NCBI RefSeq assembly: GCF_963853765.1
Contig: NC_088857.1
Span: forward strand, 28,086,001 to 28,150,000
DNA length: 64,000 nt
Origin: Magallana gigas
Lineage: Eukaryota
Direction of reading: 5' to 3'
The notes beneath the pieces are model-generated. The model did no database searches and had not been told where the DNA came from. It worked only from the letters and a program-made list of their open reading frames with translations. Shown here in pieces: positions 12,771-25,600 of the stretch. Numbering within the stretch: position 1 is the first letter of the stretch; every line of letters starts with the position of its first letter. The translations under genes were made by a program, and so were the position numbers.

Positions 12771-15700
12771 AATAAAATTGGGAGGTACCCAAAGGAGTGT
12801 CGCTCTCGTATTTGGTTTGCGTCAATTAACTATAAAATATTCTAAGAGAGAAAGAGGAGTATTAAGTTTAAGGTTTTAGCAATGTTTGTGTTAATTTTTT
12901 TTTTAAATTAAGTTAATTTAACTTGATTAGCCTGCATAAATCATATATAGTTTAAATTATTAAAACAAACATCTGTAGAAACATCCCTGTTGTGTCTTTT
13001 GCATAGACGAACATATTATGAATCTATATTGCTCACTGTTTTCACAATTTGCTCCATTGAATCCTGCCACACAATCACATTGGAAGCCGTTTACTAGGTC
13101 TGTACAGGTTCCGTTGTTTTGACAAGGCTCTGGATTGCAGTCATCGATATCTATAATTTCAAATACAATCTAACTGATCAAATGATAATGTTGTCCATCA
13201 ATGTATAAAGAATAACGAATGAAGAAAAGGACGAATAGAAGAACGGAACAGCAATTTTTATAAATTCAGGCATAAGCTTTCGGTTCACGGATTGGCCAGC
13301 GCTGGATTAGTTGTAGTCATAATATGAAACATATTTTCTTATTTAATTCAAAACAGTCAAATAATATTTCAAATAATAAAATTGTTGTTTCCATATCGAA
13401 TATCGAATTCTTCTTCCGAAAAGCTCTATGCAGCGGCACAGGCCCTTACATAAAAATTAGTTTTTAACTGTGACGAAAGGGGTCGAAAAGGAAATGCTCC
13501 CATATACGCACAATAGTTACTATTTAAAATTTTATGAAAAAGCCAAGGATTGGGTCGGGTTGTGAGGACCATCCAATCCGACGGATTATATATGGTACAT
13601 ACTTTTGCCAAATCGGATAGGAAAGTCAGTTTTTAAATACACATGATTTTAACATTAACATTACTTTATACAACGATTGATAAACTAGTTCTACAACTTA
13701 TATTAATATCTTTCGTTTGCACGGATGTTAGTGTGAGGGGGCCATTGATGTCTGTGGAAGCCGATTACCCGGAAAAAACCCACGTGTCCAAGCGGGCGAC
13801 CATCATACACATTCAAATACAACTACTGTCGATCACGTGGATCGAACTCGGGTCGCAGCGGTGATAAGCGAGTGCATTTTAAAACATTTTACATATACAT
13901 GTACTTTGTTATTCATCAAACAAATTCTTTAAACGTATTTAAGAAAAATGACCGGTTGTAAGGTATGTTTTGAAGGTAAGAATTAATTATGAAAGATTGT
14001 ATACGAAACACCATTTAGTATCCCCTTTCCTGAGGCTAAATATGATATTTTGGTGATTTTGATTAATTAATTAAATTAATTGATCACCGATAGTTGTCAG
14101 CGATGAATGTGCCAAGATTGAATATTTAACGCTATCTAGTATACAAAATAGCATACAAAATTCTGTATTAGCATAATTGCACGTTCATTTTATTTCCACC
14201 ACTTTTTTTATAATAATAATAAATTGTAACAATCAACTCCATCTATAAAATAAAGGAATATGAATTAATATTCATTAATCCTCTCAGTCATATTAAGAAG
14301 AAATTGGGGGAGGTCACTCGCGTTAAAAACAAGAACAGTTTTCATCTGAGACTGGTTTCACGATACCGCAACGGTGTGGACAATGTGAGAAGCTCTACCG
14401 CGAGGATGCGCGGTTTTACCTGAGTTACCTGTGCTAAACCGGGATATATTTAACACCACGAAGACTCGCGCTAAATACGAAAACCACATTGGCCGAAGTG
14501 TATGTCTTTTTTACTCCAATGATACTCTAATGATATGACTCCAATGTACTCCAATATATGATACCCAAATTATACTCTAATGATACCTCCTCGAAATCCA
14601 ATGATACCCCAATGATACCTCAATGAACTTTATGTTCTCTAATGATACATATTAAGCATAAATGATATACTTAATGAGTTTATTTAACCAAATCTCAACT
14701 ACACTACAACGTAATTTAAACCTGTGTTACTCGATGATTACTCAATATAGTCCAAAGATATCCAAACCAACCTAAGTGATACCACAATGAACCCGAATGA
14801 TCCTAATTACCATAAAGAATCTCCATGAGCCCAATGCAATGATACATTTCGAGGTAGCTTTTATTCTTGCTGTGGTACAGAAAAAAAATCCCATTCAACA
14901 CCAATTTATTTCAAGAAGCTATAATCCCAAATATTCACCAAATGAACATCAATTATACTTAAGACAACATTAATGTACCAAAATGAGTGCAAATAATATG
15001 TTTATTAACCTTAATAAAATATCTTCAAAACGAGTGTCATTGATATTTTTCTTAGAATTAACATTTTTTTTTTGAAAAGTTTAGAGATCCACTTTAAATG
15101 AAGTGTACAAGATCTTCAAATAATCCTGCTGTCCATCAATGTATTTTAAGTCAAAAGAATGAATGATGACAAGGATTGCTATTGCAATTTCTTTGAATTA
15201 ACGTATTAGCTTTGGATTCGCGGATGGAGTATTATTATATTATTATATATAGATGCAGAAGAGCACTTAATGGCATGTTTTATGGCTGTTCATTCTGTTG
15301 TTCATGTCAAAGATAACGAGCGTAAATAAACACTTCTGAATTCAAAACTACTGATATTTCCGAAAATTCACTGCAATCGTCTGACATCTACTGTTTAATC
15401 ACTGAAACATATTGTATATCCACTGTATATCTACTTTACATAGCTTCTGTATTCCATGGTACCCCACTGTACAGAGCTACTGTAATCCACTGTACAATAC
15501 TGTACCTGCCCACTGACCAGCACTGTACCCCACTAAACGCCACTGTAGGGGTACTGACCAGCACTGTTCCCCATTGTACAGGGTACTGACAAACACTGTC
15601 GGCACTGTTTCCCAATGTAACAATATTTTATCAGTTTTAATATTCAAAAATGAAAAAAAGTACTTTAAAAATGCATATTTTAGATAAAATGTGCATTGAA

Positions 15701-18700
15701 TAATATAGAAATTTTTCCGATTGCTTCCAAGAAAGAGAATGGGCTTCTATTTCTTTCAATTCATTATTACATTCGCGGATTCAGAGACCTTTTTCAGGGG
15801 AAGTGGTCCGAAAGATATCTATGTTAAAATGTAAATTTTAAAAAACTTGAACCCCCTCGTCCCCTCCCCTCTTTAGATCCGCGGATGTATTAATATTCGA
15901 GTCAAATTGGTATGATTACTTGTACACAAAAGATTTGGGAAACCTATATTACTCTTTTTAATGTTGTCTATAAATTACCATCAGGGTGTATTGCAGAACG
16001 TATTAAAGTGCACTTAGATAAATTGATAAACCGAGACCAAACTGGGTTCATTTAAGGCATATTTATTGGAGAAAACATTGAGTAATTTATGACATCATCA
16101 ATATACATATCATTAACGAATTCGTGGACTTCTAATGTTTTCAGGTTTTGAAAAGACTTTTGACACAATTTCTTGGGGATTCATTAAGCAAAATTTTATA
16201 ACTTTGGTAATAAGGTTAAAAATGGATTAACACATTTTATAAAGGAATAAAGTCATGTGTTTTACAGAACTGACTAATACCAGGTTACATCCTTAAAGAG
16301 ACTGCAGACAAGATATCCAATAACGTACTATCTTTTTCTCATTTGTGCAGAAATTCTTGGAATAATAATTTGAAATAATAAAGACATAAAAGATCTTAAA
16401 ATTGGTTATGTAGAATATAAGCTGTCTCAATATGTAGACGATGCATCCCTATTTCAAATGGTTCTCCCCTAACGTTTGATGGTTTTCTAAGAGAATTAGA
16501 CTTCTTTAAAAATATATCTGGTCTCAATATTAATTTCCAGAAAACAGAAATGTTATGGATAGATTGCAAAAATTTTTCTCAACATGTTTTTCATTATACC
16601 CGATGGAAGCTTGACAGGAACAACACAACATCTGACTTTCTCGGAATCAAATTTTTAATTAATCTCCAAGAATGTCTTAGCTAAACTATATTTCTAAATA
16701 ATTAGAAATCAATAAAATAACGAATCATTGCAAACATAGAAAATTGAAGTTTTATGTGTACTACATCCAACCCTCCGTCACAGATTAGGATGGCGGGAGG
16801 TTGGTGGATTTCCCTTTTGTCAAGAGTCTGCCCCACCCTTCCGCTTTTAAAAACGACGCTTCGTGCCTGTTAGTTAAGAAAACTTCCTTGATTTCGAATC
16901 TTTTATTTTTTTGCTAAAATTAATTTTACTCTTAAATACGCCACTAAAAATGTTCATGTTAAGAATTCGTTATGCATGTAGTAACTGCAGTAGGTGTTAT
17001 TATCGGTATGTAAAATTTGAACTCGATATTTTGAAATATATTTTTTTTAAAAAATCATTTCATGGGCAGGGAATTTGTGTGCTATCCAAAAATTTTACTT
17101 TTGTGATCCAATGTGCACTTATCTCTGGATATGTGTACACAAAAAAGCCCTAACTATGGATTTTGTTGATTCTGTGTTAATTGGCTGGTTATTTATTGGC
17201 TGAAGCACAAGGAATTAACAGCCCGGTCATATTAATCAAGGGCTTGTCATAAACTAAACGAAATAATTCTATAACCTGGCTGGTTAAGTAAGTGTACTTT
17301 CTTATGCTTATAAAGCAATGACCTCCAGTTTACAAATGAATCTATATAAAATTTATGCATTTTTAAAAATCAGATTTAAAATATAAAAATTTAGGATTTT
17401 TATATTCTCATTAAATTACTTTAAGAACTATTAATATTTTGTGCTTATACGATTCAATATGAATATTAATAAATAAAACATAATTAGATTTAAACGGTCT
17501 GTTGAACTCTTTTCTATGTCAATGCTGCATATAACTGAATATCGAGGAAAATATCATACTGAAATTATTTAGAATTTTTTTTTCTTTCAAATTTAATATA
17601 CAGGGGGTACGTTGGGTTACAGTGCTGGTTAGTGCTATGTACAGTGGCGAACAGTGGGGTTCGGTGCTGGTCAGTGCCTTGTACAATGGCGTACAGTGGG
17701 GTACAGTGCTGGTCATTAGAAATGAACAGTAGGGTACAGTGGGGTACACTAGAAGTCAGTACAAAGTACATAAGATGTCAGACAATGTGAGTGAATTTTC
17801 GGAAAGATCAGTGGATTTTGAATTCAGTAGTGATATAATGACTGAAAGAGGGACAATACAAACTTATTTTATACCAAAAGGAACCAACTTCAAAGGCTTT
17901 TAAAGAATAGTTGCATATGTAACTATCAAATAAATAAACTTTCACTTGAATTTAATTGCTTTGCATTTTTAAATGATTTAGATATTTCATATATGCTGTT
18001 ATGTTGTTTTGTTGCCATGTTGGCGCTAACCTGAATGCTGGTGCCTAAAAAGTTAATGCATGCATAATCAGTTTGAACTTTTATTGACTTACCTTGAGGT
18101 TTCTGACAGATGTAAGAGTAACTAACTGTACAACTTAAATCATTCCACATATGTGTACTCTGCAAAGTATGCACACAGTCTTCATCCCCTCCTGAATTGT
18201 TTGGCTCGCCTGTGTTCCAATTTGAATAAAACACTGGCTGCAAAAATTAAAGTTGTTGAAATGAAAATGTTCATTTATTTCACTACATGAATTATACATC
18301 TTAATATATTACTACATTTACATGTCATATTATATGTCGACAATGGATTTGTTTTAAAATAACTAGAGCTGTAAAGGACATCTATGTCAAAACTAAATGT
18401 ACTAACCGTTGAATCCTTAACCCATACAAAGGTGCCTTCATTGGCTATATCGTTCAGTCCAATCCAGTGGTATGTGTTGGGGCAAAGTTCTTTTCAATAA
18501 AAAAAAAATGATAAACGTAATGATAAACTATTTGGTTACGGCGTTAAAAATATATCATTATTTAATGTTCAAACACTATATCTTCTTGTCAGAGTTTTAT
18601 TTTAAGCAAACCCCAAACTGAAACAATTCTAAAACACGACATTTGTTGGTTGTTCTGCAATACAAAAAACGCAAGCGTGGAGTTTTGAAAAGCAGTACAG

Positions 18701-18821
18701 TGAAATACATAGAAGCGTTAAATAGGCGTTAACTCCAGAAAAGTTTTTACGTAATGCTTTGACTGACCTTTGTCCAATCAGATCGTAGAAGGCAGAGTTG
18801 AGACATTACCGCTCGTGACTT

Positions 18822-18865
<44 letters not shown>

Positions 18866-19548
18866 AATTATAGGTGACGCAGATGAGCGAACTATCTATC
18901 AATAGTTATAAAGTGACAAGTCAAGGTATAGTATATCTTATTTTATGTAACTTTGTAATTGTTTTGAAATTCTTTAACCGGGGAACAACGATGTCATTAT
19001 ATAGATAATGGGATGAGGTAATATCAAACATCGAAGACTGTACGAATATTTAAGAAACTGTTTTCATTACAAGTGTTACCGTTAGTATTCTAATCAAAGT
19101 ATGACGAATCTTCCTGGAATTGAATATAGGTTGTAAATTTACTTTCTATAAAAACTTTCCTCATGGCTACTCAGTGTAAAACATTCTTTACTTAAGGTCG
19201 AATTTGTCCGCCATTGTTTTTTTCCACTAAGCATCCGCCTGCGTTGCCTTTCCTTTTCACTACATCTAAATTCATAAATGATCATTCGTTTGCATTTCAA
19301 AATATTTAATGCCCGTATTCTCGGACTCTTCCAGGAAATTAAGTTGGTTAGTTGCGTCATACTTATACATCTACATGTATGATGACACTGCATGTTGTCT
19401 ACGGCCAAAGAAATTTTCACAGTCGTTCTTTAATACGCTTTAAAGTTATACCAATGTAGGACATACATGTAATTTTCATATGTAGACTTTAATTAATTTG
19501 TTTGCCCATAATGGTGATTTCTTCATCGGCATCACTTATAATTTACTC

Positions 19549-19616
<68 letters not shown>

Positions 19617-22600
19617 CAAGTCACGTGCGGCAATGTCTTAACTCCGCCCAGCTACGATCTGATTGGACAAAGTCAGTCAAAACATTACGTAAAAACTTTT
19701 CTGGAGTTAACCCCTATTAAACGCTTCTATGTACTTAGTTGTACTTCAAATAATCAAGAATAGTTCAACAAATTCATTTTTTGTATATCTTGATTAGATC
19801 AAGTTAGTGAAAAAATTATTAAAAAGACGTGAGAGCGCTGAATTACAAAACCATCAATTCAGTGAATCAAAATGTTTCCGTACGTTCCAAAAAAGACTGT
19901 GTCCCTGCATTATTGATAGTAACGAGATCACCCCCTAATTGCTGACACGATGCTCTGGCAGTTTGCCAAGGAACAGCATTAGCTATGCAACTGTAGCACT
20001 GGCTGTCATAAACTGACCAAGTTCCCTGGCCACCACATCCGTTTGCTGGGTAAGAAAAAAAAGAAAAAATGCAAACGATCTACAAGCCAATTATTTTCAA
20101 TTATATTTGTTTGTTTAATTCTTATAAATATGGTAAGAGCAAGAATTTGGGCAGCTGCATAAGTAACAAGAGGCCCATGGGGCCACATCGCTCACCTGAG
20201 CAACAATGGGCGTCCAAAGATATTGTGCCATATGGCCCTCAGTAGAATAACAAAAAAATAAATATTGTAAAGTATTCGAATTTTACACTTATTTTTGCAT
20301 ACACGTAATCTTTGACATTGTACCTTCATGAAACACTGTTTTTAAACAGAATAAGAAAATCCTACGCAAGATATAGAACTAAATATTTGGTAGGGGTACA
20401 CTGTTTTATAACTTCTAATTCCCTGTATTTTCGTTCTGCCTCCCTCCCCTACTTAATAAAGCGATCAAAATATATGAGAGCATATAGGTACATTTTCTTC
20501 CTCAACTACTTACTAGTTATTGTATTTTTTTAAAAATATAATAGTTATTGTGTTTTATCAAAAAAATCCTACTTGTATATATGTGAAGAAGAAAATTGCA
20601 CCGCAATGCGTTTAATTTCTCAAATTAAAAATATTCAACAATTTAATTTGTCTTCTCCATTATAATAAAATGACTGTTGTGTACCTCGCGTTGACTTTTT
20701 TAACTTTACTCACACTTGATTGCTGAATACACTGGAATGAAAAATGGTGTCACGTACATGTTAAAGAGCTATAAAAATCAATGTTACCGTATTGACAGGC
20801 ACATCACTCTAATTTACAATGGCCCACCCATTATTTTCATTTTTATTCAAAAATAACAACTGGCTACAAACGAGGATAATTTTCCGCTGGAATATTTTCT
20901 TAGGAATAGCGATAATTCTTTTATCCCCGCAACAGAAATGTGTCAGAACTATGGAAACTGTTTAAACGATGTCGTTTTTATTTACTCACATTTCACATTA
21001 TTTATTGTATAAAAAATCAATGTTACCGTATTGACAGGCACATCACTCTAATTTACAATGGCCCACCCATTATTTTCATTTTTATTCAAAAATAACAACT
21101 GGCTACAAACGAGGATAATTTTCCGCTGGAATATTTTCTTAGGAATAGCGATAATTCTTTTATCCCCGCAACAGAAATGTGTCAGAACTATGGAAACTGT
21201 TTAAACGATGTCGTTTTTATTTACTCACATTTCACATTATTTATTGTATAAAGAGAGTAGTTATATACAGTTATATAGTAGTTATATACAGCATATCATT
21301 CTTTAATTTTTTGTGTTCAAGTATTTAACATACTCTAATTCATATAGAATTTCTAATGATCAACCAAAATTTCAGCGTCAATCGTAGAATTATAAGCAAG
21401 ATGAGCTCAAAATATTTTGCTAGGTTTGAGTCGTATTTTGTTCACATGAGTTTATTACATTCAGCTTAAGATTTTTAACTTGGCATTTCCTATTCGGCAT
21501 TTTAAAATGGAAAAAAATGAATGGCCTCAGATCTGAGTACAAACATAAAATTGTGAGCAAATCTCTGTATTTTGCTTATAATTCGAAGCTTAACACTCAA
21601 ATATGGTAAGTAAATAGAAATTGTAAACAATTAAACACAAGAAACATGCTCTATAACAAATAAAGAACACAATCTATTTTTCGAAATGAATCATATACAT
21701 GTATACACCTACATATTTCCGTCAGCGATATTTAACTCTATTTAAACTGAATGAACTCGAGAAAATGCCGAGCATCTCAACAAAACATATTGCATTATTC
21801 TACCATTACGCAAAAGATGATATTGAATGACCGATAGCCTGAATGAATTGCATTTTAGTTCTTTCTTAAGGTTGCTTAATTTGCGCAGGTAAACAGTAAA
21901 CTGTTTGATTTACCGAGGTCTCTGTTTGATTTGATACGTAAAAATCAGGAAATACAAGCGACAGTTCCCAGGTTAACGCAAAGCATAAATTAAAACGAAA
22001 ATCACAACAAGCTAACACCACCGTCATATGTGAAAGCTGTCAACGCATTGAAATATTTAGCCTCAATTTACTTCACAAAATCGGCACCAATGTATTTTGC
22101 ATGTTTCAAAGATTCCCTTCGTACACGAACTTTTGCACAACAAACAAATTCATCATTGTCAGATCGACCCGTTTATCATGTAGTGTCATGGCGGCTTTAA
22201 ACAAAGAACCTCGTTTTAGAATTATGGAATACCCGGGCCCGGGCAAAATAAAAGCCGGGCAGATCGGCAATCGTCAATTCCAATTAAGCATTATTTTGCA
22301 GCAATATTTACAGCGAACACAAATATACTGGTCAGTAAATACCTTGAAATTTTAATGAGATTGGCAGATTAATAACTTTTGTTTTGCCCTGACCCGGTCA
22401 TGCCTACCCATTTTTCCAAGACTCATGGATGCTATAAACTGCTTGAAACACGCCTTTTCTTTCTTATTATTTTCGTAATAACAAAGATTTGAAACAGAAT
22501 TAGCCCATAATATTTGCAATTTTATTTTCCTTCCCATAAGGATTATTCATGCTAAATTACGTTGAATTTGCCTCAATAGCTCTTGAGAAGAAGATTTTTT

Positions 22601-25600
22601 AAAATGCACCCCCAGTTTTAGAGAAGAAGTTAAAAATGTGAAAAGTTTACAGACGGACAGACAGACGGACGGACAGACGGACGACGGACAAAATGTGATC
22701 AGAATAGCTTTCAGAGTAGCTTTCAGCTCAGGTGAGCTAAAAATTAAGTGTAAATACCAAATGAAGCATTTCATTACCATAAAACATACTTCTATACAAA
22801 ACATAACATAAACATTTTATAATTCATTAAAAAACATATAAGATAAACGAAAACCACACTGTTGCTATAGTCTTTTCTTATTATAATTATATCTAAATAG
22901 TGGTAGATCCAGTATACTGGGACATAGAAGATAAAACTTACATTGTAAATCTGCCAGAGCTTCAATGCCAAAAATGTACTTGTTTGGTGCTAGAATGGAA
23001 TAAAATATACAAGTAACGTATAAGAATCATACGTATAGGTGTAATAAATCATACATTTGACATAAGAGGTAATTGTTTAAAATACCCTTTGAAATGTTAC
23101 AATTTTTATTAATAAAAATATATAAATAAGCTGCTTGTTGACAGAAATTCATTAAAATTAACCGGTATTAATACAAGTATTTTTTAGTACCCTGGGGTTT
23201 AAAATAAAACATACAAACAAGCAGAATTTCATATTAATATAGTTTCATTCCTCCTAAATGTATCTTCTTTCATGTGCAATAAAAAATCAAAGGTTATCTT
23301 TATCAAATTGCATATACAAGATGAATATACATGTACATATTAACGAACAATAGTACATAATTAGTGAACATAAAAAGTTACAAACATTTTATAATTTATC
23401 ATCAGTTCTGTTATAATTATCATTATAGAACTTTAAGATGAGAAGTTTTTACCTAAAATGATGAAGTGAATACTTATGATTGCAGTTATTTACTGATGCA
23501 AATTATCAGACAGCTTAGTAAAGAGATAGATTTATTAAAATATTTTATATTTTATTTAATTTGATGCAAAAAACATCTTTTAATGTATACTGAATGTGAT
23601 AGACTGGATAAAAAGATCTAGTAAACATTAAAGCATCACATCATCACCTTCCCGCTAATCCGCTTAAATGCCTGACGTATCCTTTAAAAAATGGTTTTTT
23701 TTTTTATAAAATATATGTGTATGCACCACATGTGTATGCAAATTAAAAGAGAGCAAATATTCAATTTCCTTGAACTACTACAGAAACTATAGAAATTTAG
23801 TAACAACATCCAAATTATTCACTGTCAAAATATGCCTGTTTTTATTAAGTAGTAAATATACATACATCGGACGGACAAATAAAGCACAATAATATATCAG
23901 ATGAGATACTTAAGATAGGGAAAACATATGATATGTATAGATTACCTGTAATATTAACTGTAATGCATCTCGATGGTGAGGATTGTCTACAACAATCAAA
24001 ATATTTAAATTTGATGTCATAAATTTGAACATAGAACAGTAAAAAAGTTTCATGTTAGACGCTAGACATATTTGATAGACTGTTGATAAATAATAAATCA
24101 TTAATTGAACTTTCCTTAATGTTCTAGTAAAAAATACTGCAGAGAAACAAATCTATTGTTATTATATGTATTTAATAAAAAATATATACATATTTTTACA
24201 GCAAATATAGCCCTTTTTAGCGACTATTATAAAGCCAAATGACTTCAAAATAGTCTTAACGCTCAAAGAAATGAGCAGATATCTACATAGTTATTTTATT
24301 TCTCTTAATTTGATAGGGAATAGGAAGTTACTTCAAAATATAGAGGACAATAAGGTGAGCCAAACTGTTCTTGTAGCTCCAAAGTAAGAAATCCAATCTT
24401 GGATTTCAAAACTACTAGGACGGTTAATATAATATGAAATCTTATTTATTTTCTCGATGCGTCAATCATAATTGTTATATTTTTTCATGGAAATGCCATT
24501 TTCTTTGGATCTCACGAAAAAATTAGGAAGCCATTTGTAATTTGAAGAGAATTGTGGGTCCAAGTCTGACGACAGATATGTGAACGGCAACACTATCTTT
24601 GCTAGCCGAGTGTTCGATTCCTTATTTTTCATCGCAAGAGACTGGCTAGCGGCGAAGATGAGGAAGCAGTAGTAGCAAAAATGATATCGCCCAAGTTCTG
24701 TCTGAGAGCATGTAGTTGTAGCGCTTTGCACTGCGGGCCTGCGTTCACTATTATTTGCTTTGTATGATCCTAATAAACATAACACCACTTGACTTCAACA
24801 AAGTTAAGGCAAAAAAATCGAAATCCACCATACTAAAGATACATCAATATCATAGTTATTCCATACTAGAAAAATAACTGCAAAGAAATGTGCTCAAATA
24901 CACAGATGCATAAAAAAATGTACATTCAAAAGAATATGATTTTTCCCTCGTTGAAAAGAACGAGCATACAACTCAAAAATTGATTTACATGGTTAAATGA
25001 TAGTTATACCCTTTAGTTTTGGTTACATGTATAATTACCATTTACCTTTTATTCGTCTCTGCTGAAAAGCACACTACATGTGTTCCGATTACATTACTGA
25101 CAACAGACTCTAGTGACATGATGACCTGATACTCGTCTACAACAGGTTGTGAGATGGCTGATATAGTAAATGGAAGAGGTGACATAACATGGAATTCTGT
25201 CACTCTGAAATAAGTTTATTACAGAAATATCATGAAAATAACTATAATGAATGCAAAAGCTAGAAAAAGTATTAAATATTTAATAAACATTTTCATAATC
25301 AATAATCTTCAATTTGAACGATTAGAATATCTTTATTTTTATATTAAAAACCTACTGACCCAAAAATTGCCACAACGCGCATCAAATTAAAATTTCATGT
25401 AATGATTTTTGAAACACTATTAAATGAAGATATTTATAATAAAAGATATTGTATATTGTTTTATAAATATATGTAAATATTGAAGTTTTTACTTACAGAT
25501 GAAATTGCAAAATTTTAAATAAAGCCAAATTTGCTTCATAAAATTTGAAACAAAGTGATGTCGGTATTTAAATTAATGATTTAACGAGAGTGTTTTTAAA

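Noticed and set aside
388-12775. Repeated plus-strand 79-105 aa ORFs and minus-strand MTAIQ... 67-aa ORFs
   Set aside because: They are antisense or alternate-frame shadows of the EGF exons, repeated only because the DNA unit is repeated.
13839-13878. tRNA gene
   Set aside because: B box present but no complete cloverleaf or A box; followed by a SINE-type core.
19502-19720. ORFs with SLSLSL or ERERER runs (also 53406..53687)
   Set aside because: Translations of (CT)n/(AG)n microsatellites.
23648-23681. 34-bp AG/GT-bounded candidate exon in gene 1
   Set aside because: Has a stop in the phase needed after 23866-23908, and no combination restores the frame.
24462-24788. 108-aa minus-strand ORF
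   Set aside because: No domain motif or fitting splice phases; lies in repeat-like intronic sequence.
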